Source: Nemertoderma westbladi (taxonomy: Eukaryota; Animalia; Xenacoelomorpha). From it: a stretch of DNA of 64,000 nucleotides. The notes under the pieces were generated by a model. That model ran no database searches, had not been told where the DNA came from, and was given only the letters and a program-made list of their open reading frames with translations. The position numbers were made by a program, and so were the translations under genes. Positions 22,501-34,699 of this stretch are shown in pieces. The stretch covers positions 38,257 through 102,256 of the forward strand of contig JAUCBJ010002101.1 in assembly GCA_032718475.1 (NCBI GenBank). The letters are read 5' to 3'. Position 1 is the first letter of the stretch, and every line of letters begins with the position of its first letter.

Positions 22501-23884
22501 GCTACGTACTATCTACTACTATTATTGTCTACTATCTCACTTCTTATTGTATTATTATCTTATTATTTTATTTTTATATTTTGTGTGGGAAGGGCGTCTC
22601 GCCCTCATTCCCACCCCCCTCAGTCCAACATATTGGACGACTAAACTTCAAGGGCTTCCTCGATCTTCCATCGATTCTTCCAGCAGGCACTCTCCCACTG
22701 CCCCCCTGTAGGTCTTCTTGTCCTTCGCCCCACTCTCCTTGTCAATTCCAACTCTCCAGGAATTGATTCTCCCTCCTCCATCGGGTCTTTCGGTCACCTT
22801 CTTGATTTCCTCATGGTCCCCTGGCAGCAAAATGCCACCCTTCATCTTGTCGTCATCTGGCGGTAGAATGAAAAGAATTCGAAAGAATAGATAAAACAGT
22901 ATGGATAATAGTAATCCTATCCCTTTCCACCCTGTCTTCTTATTTGACCTTCCCCCTTTCGGTATGCCTCTCAACCGGACCGGCGTCTCCTCCGGACACT
23001 TCTCCGGACATCTCGCCGTCCACTCTTCTCCATCCTCATACCGATACTTGCCGGGAACATCTATGTTCCACCCCGTCGCCTCAAGGTCTTCTGCGTCTAA
23101 TCCATTCTCCTCCGCCCACTCTCTTGCTGTTGCTTCCCCTCCTAATTCATCTACCGACGGTATTTCTCTGGAACTATCCTCTATCCTTTCACCACGCTCC
23201 ACTATGCGTGGTTCCAGATCCACACCCAACTCCTGGTATCCTTCCCCGGGCCGCTTCTAATATAATATAATATATAATATAATGTATATTTTTCCAAAAC
23301 AAGTTGGGCCGATTCAATAACAAGTTGCACACTTATGTGGAATCGTCTCGGCCAGAATAATTACAAACAGGTAAGGCACGGAATACAAATATACAATATA
23401 TAAATGATATACATAACGTAAGTAATACTTAATACTATACAGTTACAATACACTTACCATGCACATAGCCCATACAATACACACTCGATACATCCATACA
23501 ATACACACTCGATACATCCATACAATACACACTGTCCCCCCCAGAAACCCTCTGCCAATCCCGCTGCACCCCACCCACATCCATCCCACCCTGAATGGAG
23601 AGAAACCCGACCCGCTCGCCGCATTAAGTCGCTGATGTCACAAAGGTGCTTTTCAGCAAGGTATGGCGAAAATAATAAGTTGAGTGTAATAGTCTTCATC
23701 TGGGAAAATAACCACGAATCACGATTGAGTGGTGCACAATAACATTTGTTTAATATTAATGCAATTTTTGAATAATTTTGACAAGATATGCCACACCATC
23801 ACCCACTTCTTAGTAAAATACGAAAAGCAAGATAAAACATTCTGACTGGGACAATGAAAAAAGAAAATGAAAAAATAAGGAATA

Positions 23885-25801
23885 TTAGTAACCCAGCGAA
23901 TTAAACCTGTTTGTTGCCTCGATAATAAGGACAATAAGGACAGAAATAATGACAGGTGTTTTAGATGCAACGATGCTGGGGGTGCCAGTAGGTCCATGTA
24001 AGATAACATGAACCGAAAAACGGAGGTCAAGTTGTAACATGGACTGATTAAGTACCAATCGAGGGCCAGTGTACCGCGTGCATTCCATAAAATAGTGGTA
24101 CACATCTTCGCAGGGATGGCCGCACCCACAAGTTCTATAACTAGTAACCTTTGCACGAAATAAATCGTCATTTAAAGACGAACAGATGCATCGCATACGA
24201 GCAAGCAGGCCGTTAATTTTTGGGCTACCGAGCAAGTAGTATGATGGCACTGCTGCGGATGGGTAAAGGCTTGCTAAATTTTTAAAACTATTAGCAGATG
24301 TTGCATTACATATATTATCCGGTAAGTCGTTCCATATTCGTATGGAAGATAGTAAAAATGAATTTTTAAAGTAATTATTCCGAGCAAAAGGTACCCTATA
24401 ATTATCTCGATTTCTTGTACAATATGGGGAAGACTGGGCCAAGGTTTCCGGAAGTAATTCGCGCAGATGTGGGGGAGCTGAATTTTTTGTCATTTTATAT
24501 AGAATAATTAATTTTTGAATTGTTCTTCTATTTTGTAGGGTCGATATTCCAGATTCAGTATATAAACTGACAGTTGAACAAGAAATGGTTAATCGACATA
24601 TTATCCTAATGGCTTCCTTATTTATCAGCTCCAGTTTATACTTTAGTTCGTTAGAACAATTGTCCCACACTGGCCCTGCATACTCCAGACCAGAATGAAT
24701 AAACGCCACATATATTTTGAGAAGTGCTGCCCTATCTACTTTATATTTAACAGCGCGCAACATATTTAGTTTAAGCGTAGCTTTAGTAATAATATTTTTA
24801 ATATGAGCATCCCATGTTAAATCAGACGATATAGTACACCCAAGATGTTTATGACTCTCAACTTCTTCAATTATGTCATTATTCAAATAAAGGATACCAT
24901 GTTCAATATGCCTAACCTGTTTGTGGGAGACCAACATTGCCTCAGTTTTTGAAGCGTTATATGTGACTAACCATTTTTTGCCCCAATCAAAAACATTAGC
25001 CAGGTCGGCATTAAGAGCCGCCGTGGCTACACTAGGTTCCCCCACAATAACGTACAGAGATGTATCATCCGCAAATAACTTTACTTTAGAACTAACAATA
25101 TCGACAATGTCATTAATAAAAACTAAAAATAACAATGGACCTAGCACAGAACCTTGTGGAACCCCTGCAAGCGTTAATAACCACGTGGACTGACACCCAT
25201 TAATTAAGACGCACTGCATATTGTTGGATAAATAACTTTGAAACCATTTCAACAGAGAGCCAGATATCCCCATCCGCTCTAGTTTATGTAGTAGTGCGGC
25301 ATGATGAACCTTGTCAAATGCTTTACTGACATCGAGAAATACCAATCGTACCTCTTTACCCTTGTCAACGGCACTAACCAACTCGTGGTACAATGTAAGT
25401 AATTGGTAAACACATCCGTCCCCGCGGCTTAAACCGGATTGAAATTTTGTTATATAACCCTTTATATGATTGAATACGTATTTAAATATAATGCGTTCGA
25501 AAAGTTTACCAAGGCAGCTCGTTAGGGACACTGGCCTATAATTAAGACATTCAAATCGTAAACCTTTTTTAAAAACCGGGGTAACGAACCTTTTTTTCCA
25601 AGATGCGGGATACCATGCCTTATCTAATATAAGTTGAAAGAGTTTGGAAAAATTACGAGCCATAAAAGGTAAAGCAGATAAAATCATTTTATTTGAGATT
25701 TTATCCCCAGGTGACGCAGCTTTACCAGGACACAGATCTTTGGCTGCAGCTAAAACGTCAATTCTAGAAATGTTTATTTCAGTAAGTACAGGCTCAGGCA
25801 T
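23885..25801 (-). CDS. CR1/L2-group non-LTR retrotransposon reverse transcriptase (5'-truncated, no APE)
   Basis: 638-aa uninterrupted frame with NYRPVSLTS, FLDVSKAFDKV, GVPQGSVLGPLLF, LFADDT and KHLG, plus C-terminal CGCGHPCEDVYHYFMEC. Confidence 0.92.
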   Translation of the reverse strand: MPEPVLTEINISRIDVLAAAKDLCPGKAASPGDKISNKMILSALPFMARNFSKLFQLILDKAWYPASWKKRFVTPVFKKGLRFECLNYRPVSLTSCLGKLFERIIFKYVFNHIKGYITKFQSGLSRGDGCVYQLLTLYHELVSAVDKGKEVRLVFLDVSKAFDKVHHAALLHKLERMGISGSLLKWFQSYLSNNMQCVLINGCQSTWLLTLAGVPQGSVLGPLLFLVFINDIVDIVSSKVKLFADDTSLYVIVGEPSVATAALNADLANVFDWGKKWLVTYNASKTEAMLVSHKQVRHIEHGILYLNNDIIEEVESHKHLGCTISSDLTWDAHIKNIITKATLKLNMLRAVKYKVDRAALLKIYVAFIHSGLEYAGPVWDNCSNELKYKLELINKEAIRIICRLTISCSTVSLYTESGISTLQNRRTIQKLIILYKMTKNSAPPHLRELLPETLAQSSPYCTRNRDNYRVPFARNNYFKNSFLLSSIRIWNDLPDNICNATSANSFKNLASLYPSAAVPSYYLLGSPKINGLLARMRCICSSLNDDLFRAKVTSYRTCGCGHPCEDVYHYFMECTRYTGPRLVLNQSMLQLDLRFSVHVILHGPTGTPSIVASKTPVIISVLIVLIIEATNRFNSLGY

Positions 25802-26924
25802 TGGCCCCTCTGGGATAATAAAGTTCGAACAATCCAGTTTATATTGGTCTGTAAAATAGACATTAAAGAGATCCGCTTCTCACATGGGACCTCCGTAGTT
25901 AATTTTACGATGCCCTATTATGTCATAATTATTTCTTCCTACTCCTTTCCAGCCAAGTGTCTACTAAAATTACATCCCCTCTGCTGGCCCTGAGCCGTTT
26001 GTGGCGGGTGATAACACCTCTAGCCTAGCAATTTGGTACTAACATCTTCTACGCTGTCTACCAGTCTGTCAATCTCTTCTCTCTTCCCTCTGATTATCTT
26101 GAATTCCTTTTTCATCATTTCGTATCGTTCCTCTTTCTCCTCCATTTCTTTCAATATGTCTCTATATTCCTCCAGAGCAGCCCCGTCTATATTCATTTAT
26201 AAATATAAAATGGACCGAAACTATTGCTGAAATGAGCTGATCTGTATACTTACTTACATCATAAATATTCCAGTTCCAGAAATATACTTATTTCACATTG
26301 AATAACAATAATTCGCAATTCGAATCGTATAGAAAAACGGTAGGGCCTATAACTTTCGGATCGAAAACATTAAACATACACACCTGCACTTCTGGCCATT
26401 CTCATAGCCGTCACAAGCACACCAGTTCCTATATTTCAGACGTAAATCTGGTATCGAATCGTACTGTATCAAATAACAGGGGCAGATATCCGTTGATGAA
26501 ACCCGTATATTGGCCTGCAATAATGATACAAATTGTTAAATACAATTATTATAAAACAAATGTATTTGATACCGATCAATGCTGTGGCAAAGACTTCAAG
26601 GTTTTTGGTGAGATCCAGTAGCTTTATATATTTCGGATCTTTGAAGAGTTTCGGCAACACATCGAGTGCTATGGGAATTTCCCCCTGGAAAATAGTATTT
26701 ACTTCTTTATTACAATCTCCTGAAGTGATAATAGCGATTGATTCTCCACTTTTCACATTGTGGCGTTTCGCCTAGATTAAATGGTTTATTGTTAAACAAG
26801 TAAATGTGTTTGTGTTGGGGGTTTGTGATCTCTGTTAACTCTAATTGTTATCTTATTAAATATAATTAATTAATCACTAATTGAATCACTCGATACACCT
26901 TATTATTAATTAATTTAACAATGA

Positions 26925-28470
26925 TTAACCCTATTAGTACCGGGCTATAAAATGTTGTACAAATACCGGGGGGGGGGGGGGGGGGTCATATTGACCCCCC
27001 CCCCCCCCCCCCTCTAAAATCTACAAATATTTAAGAAAACGTCTGATTTTTTGTTTGTACGTAGGTATCACTTGCCTGGATCCGACCGAAAAAAAATGTT
27101 TCGAAAACATGTACTGGGGTGGGTATATTGCAGCACCAAAATTACAAGTAGTGCACAATTTTCACAAAATTTGAAAGTTACATTTTCGGCTAATTGTTTT
27201 TCAATACAGGTTTTCTGGGGTGCAAAATACATTGGAAAATATTTAAAAATGATATGATTACTATAAATGGCTGTTTAGTCCTCTCTGCGTAGGAAAAAAT
27301 GAAAAAAACAAGTAACCAGCACTTCTCAGTTAGAACACAAAATTTTTAATTCACTTATACGATGCTATAAATTCACATTTTCAGGTTTTCGAGGGTGCTG
27401 ATTCTAATGGAATACATTTCTAATATGCCAGATCATTGCTACTTGTATTTTTCGGCGTAATTTGTCAAATTTTGGTGCTAGCACCAAATTTCGTACCCAT
27501 CACCAAAAAGTACAAGTTTGCGATGTCCAGTGCTGTTTTTATTGATTCCATCGGATTCAGGACCCTCATAAACCCGTATAACGCAAGAAACAAGGTGATA
27601 CTATCTATTGATCAATTTGCATATTTTCCAAAATTTGGTGCTGGCACAACAATTTTCACCCACCGGCGAATAATACAAGTTTGATAACTCTTATGAAATT
27701 TTTACTGATTCCATTGAATTCAGAACCATCACAAACCCGTATAACGCAAGAAACAAGGTGACACAATCAATTTATATATTTGATGGTTTTCAAAATTTGG
27801 TGCTAGCACCACATTTTGCACCCACATCCGAAAAATACAAGTTTGAGATGTCTAGTTCGATAATTATAAATTCCATTGAATTCAGAACAGCCATAAACCT
27901 CTAAAACGCAAGAAATAAATTGTCACAAGCAATTTTATCTATTGAATGGATTTTCAAAATTTCGTGCTAGCACCAAAATTTGCACACAGCACCGAAAAAT
28001 ACAAGTTTGATACGCTTGGTGCAACTCGTATATATTTCATCGAAACCAGAACCCCAAAAAATCCCAATTGCGTAAAAAACAAGTTTCAAACAATCAATTT
28101 ACAAAATTGACATATTTCAAAATTTGGTGCTGGAACCAAAATTTGGCACCCACCGAAAAAAAAACAAGTTTGAAATTTCTAAATCAATTTATATGAATTC
28201 CATCCAATTTATAACACCATAAAACCGGTGTAAATCAAAAATAGATATGTTACAATTCAGTAATGAAATGTAATTTTCAAAAAACGTCTCAAAAAAAGTG
28301 CCAAAAGTAGGGTTAAAAAATTGGGCTATAACTCGAAAAGTACCCCATATTTTTGAAAACGGTTTTCAATACCAGGAAGACAATAGATTTTTAGGAAAAG
28401 TCATTGAGAAACAAGTAAATTGGCAATAATAATAGATATTATTAGGATGATGTCCAAGTGTCCAGGTCAA
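26925..28470. mobile_element. piggyBac-type non-autonomous element (left end) with ~163-bp internal repeats
   Basis: TTAA-ccctattagtaccggg terminus, a repeated taccggg, and the palindrome gggtcatattgaccc. ggtgct(a/g)gca units at 27474, 27637, 27799, 27963 and 28126. No matching right end seen. Confidence 0.55.
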
Positions 28471-29357
28471 CTGAATTCAAAAAAACTGTAACCAGTAAGT
28501 ACTTTGTAGGTATTTATTCATATAGCTATATATGATTACATTAATACAGACTTCAGTAAAAAACGACATCATAGTGAACATTTAATTTTAATTTAAATAT
28601 ATTGCATCATGGTTTGCATTGCATGCATCATTGCATTATTATTTTATAATTAATTATACTAATTATCATTCCCACTCCCCTCTTCTTCAGGGTAGCATTC
28701 GGTAGTAGCTCCCTGCTGTCATAGAAATCTTCTTCCTGGAGATTAGCTCTTTCTTCATCAAATGCCATATCCTCTCTTGGTGGCAGAATGCTACCCTTGG
28801 TTTCTTCTTTGTTGGTACATTGCACATCCTTTGTCAGCTGCCCCCCCCCCCCCCCCCCCCCTCAATATATGCACTGACATCAAAGCTTCCATTGACCCTG
28901 GGTCACCATTCAGTACGCTTAATGGTCTACCATTTGTCACCTCCTCGCACTCTGCCAGATCTGTGCTCAAAAATGTCTTCTTCAACTTCCTCATTTGTGA
29001 AGTGTAATAATGGTTCTTCATAGATCTCCCTTATCAATTGGCTGAAGATCTCTTCACCATCCAATTCGTTTCCCTCATCTTCCATCATTGTTTCTTCTCC
29101 CTTTGGATCAATCTTACTCATTGGTTGCCATTTCGACTTATTATTGAGAAAGTGTGAACCATGTTGCCACATCTCTTGCTTTCCCGAGAAAGTGTGGCGT
29201 CCAATGCCTCTTTAGAGCAAGTCTGCTGGATTGTCGTCCATTGGGCAGTAGTGCCGCTGATCCAAATTTGTCGTCATTCTTATTTCATCGACTCGGTTCG
29301 TTAGGAACGAACCGAATCACCTGCTCGTTAAACCAACTGCCCATTTACTCTTAAGTT

Positions 29358-30945
29358 GTGGCCGGCTACCATAAGAATGTAGTTTATTTTGTTGCAGAGT
29401 ATAAAGTAAAACTAATTTCGATTACTGACATGGAAGGCAGTCATGTGGGAAAAGAGTTTGAGTGCATACCCAGGTCAAGATATTTATTTTTCATTTCAGT
29501 GTTTTCAGGTTTTAATAGATACCTGTATGCAATTCTAAACACTGATGGTGTAGTTGTCATTCAAAAATCTAAAAACTTTAACATTTGGCCAGTAGGTACT
29601 TCTATCAATTATTAATCTTGAGAAGAGAAAATGTAGATGGTTCGAAAATTTAATTTTGATATCCCTTTTTTTGAAAGTACCAGCCTAGTTTTAAAACTCT
29701 GTTAACTCATGCATTTCTTCATTTTCATATATGGTAAATGATATAACAATTCAAATTAAGGTCTTTGCATTTGTTGCTGATCTCCCAGCGAAAGCCGACT
29801 CATTAAACATGATACACCATACTGGGTACTATATGGCTGTCCACTGTCCAGCATGCTTGCTATATGTGTGTGGATCATCACAAGATGTTATTTCAATATG
29901 AAGATAATAGCAGTAAAGTCCGAACAAAAGCGGAACATTCGTTAGATGTCTCATGATTGTGGAAGGCTACTGAATTCAAGGTTTTTTTGCTTTTTCCTAA
30001 AACTACATTTTTCGGATACCAGTCCCCATATTATAATTCTAGTTTATTGTCTTTCAATTCCCATATATCTTCTATCAAAGAATAATATATCTGAAGACGA
30101 ACTTGCAGGGGCGGATTTCTTATTGAACACTTTTAGAAAGCTTATTGTGGTCGCACAGTTCGGAATGGCAGCCTCATCTCTTTCTCTCAATGCTTTGTCC
30201 CACTTGGTAGAACAAGTTCGTAATTTTGGACCGTTAGGTGGCATGTCTGCATCTACATTTGAAAGCGCGTTTCATCACTTGGGGGCATTTGTTACCATTG
30301 GTAGTAAGAACGAGGGAAATTTAACTGTTTAACGATTTTTACGTTTCAAATTGCATGCTCTGTCAAATGTAAACAAGCACTGCCTTAATCTTTTTGATAG
30401 CAATGGTGTAAATATTATTGGTGTACTTTGTAGTGTAACTTCTTTACCTTGCAACTATGAATGTGTATATAGTGTTAGTGTTAACATTGGTATTATAACT
30501 TCAATTGCACACTGCATTTCTGTTAATGGTGTAATTTTCCATGCATTCAATTACCCGAGAAAGGGCAATTCGGCATCCTTCAATGCCTATTCGAAGTTAA
30601 GCGATACATTACTATTTTTGTGTATTCATTATATTGTACTAGTTGAATATGATGGTAGGAAATTGTTTTATTGTCTTTGTACCAAATATAAATGCAATGC
30701 ATTTACTAAACCTTACGATAAACTGCGTTCCTCTCATTTGAAAACTATACTAGGCCTACTGAAATATAAATGAAATACATACAGTACAGTACAGTACACA
30801 AATACTGAAATATATATCTTTGAAACCTAGTGGCCATTGTATTATTGAAGCTTATAAATTGTATAATAATTTTATATGTTTGTCACAAAGGCCTGAAATG
30901 GTTGTAATTCCCTGCATAGATCACTATACTATGAGCACGACTGAG
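29358..30945 (+). pseudogene. EnSpm/CACTA (CMC) transposase relic
   Basis: Fragmented frames give LNTDG...KSK..IWPV, FVADLPAKADSLNMIHHTGYYGC (~29770) and LSHLVEQVRNFGPL..MSASTFES, i.e. the D..D..E signature of CMC transposases. Confidence 0.75.
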
Positions 30946-31762
30946 TTTGATATTTTTTAATTAGTTTGTTGATCATTAATTAGTTTATTACTTTTTTTCG
31001 CTTTAACACTATTAGGACCAATTTTTACTACGTGATGCACCCAATGTCGGGGCTCATTTTAGACATTTTTAGTTTTATTCATATCTTGGCTGAAAAAATT
31101 ATGAAATTATTGGAAAATGTATGTATGCCTCTTTAATATGGCGAGTTGAATGGTCGTAATTTTGTAACCTTAAAGCAAACCCAAACAGAAAGCGGATGTG
31201 TGTGATTTTTCGTTAATTTCAATGTTCTGTATATACTTTTATATGAAAATGGAAATATTTTTGATGTTATTGGTTTTCCAGGAGGCTGATCAACACACAA
31301 CTTGTTAAGAATATTTATGGTAGTGCAACCATCGGTGCCAATCTTGTGGGACGAAAATTACAAGTAACGCAAAATTTCAAACTTCCAAAGGTGGAATTTG
31401 GTTGGATAATTTTGAAGCCATACGGGTTTTCGAGGTCACTGATCACGATAGAACTTTATACAGACCTTTTATGGTCGTGCAACTATCACATTTATTATCA
31501 TTTTTTGCACTTGTATTTTTCATGCTACATATTGGTTTGGTACATATTGGAAAATACCACAATAAATAAGAAATTATATTTTTGAATGTCACATCTATGT
31601 TCGGAATCCCAAAAAACTCATAAGATCATGATAGAATCAGGTTGATTTGGTGAATATTTTTGATTATCAAATTTTCACTAGTTGTTTTTTCCGTGCCACA
31701 TAAAGGTGGCGCATACCAAATTACCAGAAATTCCCTCGTATGTTACATTTGAGTTCCATAAT

Positions 31763-32020
31763 CATGATCAGCATCCAAAAAACCAATACACCGCAATTTT
31801 GTTTATTTTGAGGGGACAACATTTTTTGAAAATATCAGTACAACAATTTTTGGGGATGGTTGTTAGAATGGGAGCACAGCACGAAAACCATGATCATGAT
31901 CAGCATCCAAAAAACCAATACACCGCAATTTTGTTTATTTTGAGGGGACAATATTTTTTGAAAATATCAGTACAAAAAATTTTGGGGATGGTTGTTAGAA
32001 TGGGAGCACAGCACGAAAAC
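31763..32020. repeat. 132-bp tandem duplication in non-autonomous DNA-transposon-like sequence
   Basis: catgatcagcatccaaaaaaccaatacaccgc at 31763 and 31895. Confidence 0.8.
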
Positions 32021-32389
32021 CAGCTATTTAATTGCCGTTTGCGTTGTGGATATCCAAGATACAGATGAATTACTGATAAATTTCTAACTAAAGTTACCTC
32101 CGGGTCCAGATAACGGTATTGCAATCGTAAAAATATGTGTTTAAATATAGTATGTTTGTTGATATATGTAGTATGTATGTTTATTTTGTTGTTGTTGGAA
32201 ATAAAAATTTGTAGTAATGGTGGTTATTTCTATTAAACTGTATGAGGGTGAGAGGGGGGGTGTTTATTGACACTATTATTCTGTAGGCCGGTAGTACTTT
32301 GAAGATTAATATATACGAGGACACTAGGGGTGGGAGATTCTTCATTCCACGGTTTAACCCTGTCGCAATATACCCTAGATCCAATGAAT

Positions 32390-32653
32390 TATAAACTTAA
32401 AAGTTACTTATTAAGAGGTATTGTAAACTTACTAAGTACTTATTGAGGTAAATTTAAACTTAAAACATACTTAATAAGAACCTAATTAACTTTAAACACA
32501 CTTTTAAGCAAATACATAAATTATGATAAACTTATTAAGCACCTTCTATATCGTCCAAATATCTTGGCAAGTTCTTGCCAAGTACTTGTTATGAAGTTTT
32601 TATGTAGATTTTAAAAGCACTTATTAAATCTATTAAATATCCTGACCTGGGTA
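32390..32653. mobile_element. Possible EnSpm-type terminus with subterminal acttattaag repeats
   Basis: Several acttatt(a/g)ag motifs ending in ...cctgggTA, like the CCCAG..CTGGG termini of animal EnSpm elements. Partner end not identified. Confidence 0.35.
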
Positions 32654-33319
32654 ACTACAAATAATTCCCCACAAATAAATATAATTAGATTCCCATTTTT
32701 CATAATTAGCACATTAAGTCTTTACATTCCTCGTTCCTCGTTCAACTAAGTCCAAAATAATTTCGAGACTAATTATTACTTACTTAATAACTTACTTATA
32801 CATACAAATGTAGTTATGCTGTTTTTTACTTACACAAATACACACCTATTCAATGAATTAATAAAATATGTAAATTAAATAAATATTTGCTTTCTCCCCT
32901 TAAATAACTATCATATATACTCTTACATAACTTATTACTATAAGTTATAAAGTTGAATATAATATTTAATACTTTCAGAGATGTGATGTGCGGTCTAACA
33001 TTTCTCATCATAAATAAAGATCGTTCTGCTTCTGAACGTTTCTTCAGTCCGGGGATTAGAACTGGATAAACTATTAACCTTAAAGAAATCGGTTTCCAAT
33101 CTGAAACGAGGGGGGTAGGGTTATATTTCACTGACTGCGACTCCCTGGTTGAAGTGTGGCGTGACCAACAACCCCTCGATAATAACATCGAAACACAAAT
33201 AACCTCTCCAGAGGTTACGATTAGATTGAGATTGGATTTAGATTGGCAAGCTGTAAGTATTTATTTATTATATTTCTAAGCATTCATTCATTCATTCTTT
33301 GAACTAATACGAACTAATA

Positions 33320-33649
33320 ATGTACAAGAAAGGTAAATCATCAAAGGTCATAGAGGTTCCCGGGATTGGTGAAGCATTCTCAGAGCGGCTGAGAAGAAAG
33401 GGAATTAAATACGCGAATCAGCTCGTTAATCGATTCAATGACTTCAATGGGGATGAAGAAGGGTTATATCGTTATCTACATGATATTTGTGGGTCCCAAA
33501 TGCATCGAACTCGGTATCATGTAATATTGCAATGGGTGAAGGAACATAGAGACATCGGGACAACAAAGAAACGTGAAAGTGATAGTCTGCAAGTCGGGGT
33601 CAGTAGTGAAACAACAAGTCACAATCGCTGGATGCGAAGGCTATCTTAA
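33320..33649 (+). CDS. Barrier-to-autointegration factor (BAF)-like protein, intronless
   Basis: VIEVPGIGEAFSERLRRKGIKYANQLVNRF...DEEGLYRYLHDICGS...ILQWVKEH aligns by eye with BAF (V..[27 protein letters not shown]...DEDLFREWLKDTCGA...LREW), including the HhH GIG motif. Confidence 0.75.
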   Translation: MYKKGKSSKVIEVPGIGEAFSERLRRKGIKYANQLVNRFNDFNGDEEGLYRYLHDICGSQMHRTRYHVILQWVKEHRDIGTTKKRESDSLQVGVSSETTSHNRWMRRLS

Positions 33650-33786
33650 CCATTCTTCTAATCAACCCCCAAGAGATAGAAAGGAAAGCGAAACCATCTG
33701 CGGTCAGAGAAAATTTAGTGTGTACACTCAATAGCGATACTATACCAATTGTTTCTGCTTTGGCTGATGACAATGGGGCGTATACC

Positions 33787-34225
33787 GTTGAATTTAACTC
33801 TGTGGAGCTTTTTGAATTTTATGAGCATTTTGGCATATATGTAGATTCTACTGCAGGGTATTCCCCCTTTTCTAATGGTATTTGTGAAGGAAGCAATGCA
33901 ACCCTTAAGTCAATTTTGACCATGGTAAGATTCGACAATTTTAGTTGATCAATAAATGTGATTCTCAACTATTCACTTTTAGCAAAGAATACACTAGTTG
34001 ACTCAATGGGATTCTCACCCTTCCAACGTTTTTTTGGAAGTAATCCTAGATTGCCTGTTGTAACCTCAGAGTCACTTCCAATCATTAATGATACCGATAA
34101 CTTTGACAGAGTTCAGCATCATTTAAACTTGCTTCATGATACTAGAAAGGCATGCATCATGGCTGAGTCAGATAACAGGATAAGCCGAGCATTAAAACAG
34201 AGAGTTTATTCTAGTAAAGGCCCAA
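33787..34225 (+). pseudogene. LTR-retrotransposon integrase fragment
   Basis: EFNS...TAGYSPFSNGICEGSNATL / LLAKNTL..SMGFSPFQ.FFGSNPRLP...AESDNRISRAL: rve core and the helix after it, interrupted by a stop. Confidence 0.75.
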
Positions 34226-34339
34226 TACCGTTATGTCCCCATCACCAGAATTAATAACTAACATTAATATACTAATTAATTAACATATACCCAGTACTGG
34301 TACCGAAATTGTATTAAACTTTTCGAAAAATTGCCTATA

Positions 34340-34470
34340 ACAACGCCAAGTCCCAGTGCAATCCCTCCACGTTTTGGGGGGAGTTCGAGCACAACAGACT
34401 GACAGAGAGACTTACAGATACAGACAGATAGACAGAGAGAGACAATTTGATTTTTATAGATATAGATATA
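34340..34470 (-). mobile_element. Probable Helitron 5' end (non-autonomous)
   Basis: The minus strand reads tctatatctataaaaatcaaattgtctctctctgtctatctgtctgtatctg..., a TC-start followed by a CTGT-type microsatellite, as in animal Helitrons. Confidence 0.4.
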
Positions 34471-34699
34471 AAAGGGCAAGTAAGATCTTTTTCTATTATA
34501 TATTCTTATATATATATGGTGGTAATTTTTCTCAAGTTTTACAATATTCTTTTTATATTATATATTCTAATATTCTCATTTTTTTTCTCACACTTTTTAT
34601 TATTTATTATATTCCTTTTATATTTGCTTGAAACTGTCCGACACAACAGATAACAGTCGGGGTTCGCTGTTAAATATATCATAGTGGAGTTTTAGTAAA

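Noticed and set aside
26298-26775. Overlapping short ORFs as a gene
   Set aside because: The composition looks coding, but there is no recognisable motif or consistent frame.
28628-29354. Acidic minus-strand ORF pieces as a host gene
   Set aside because: Multiple stops and frameshifts and no identifiable domain.
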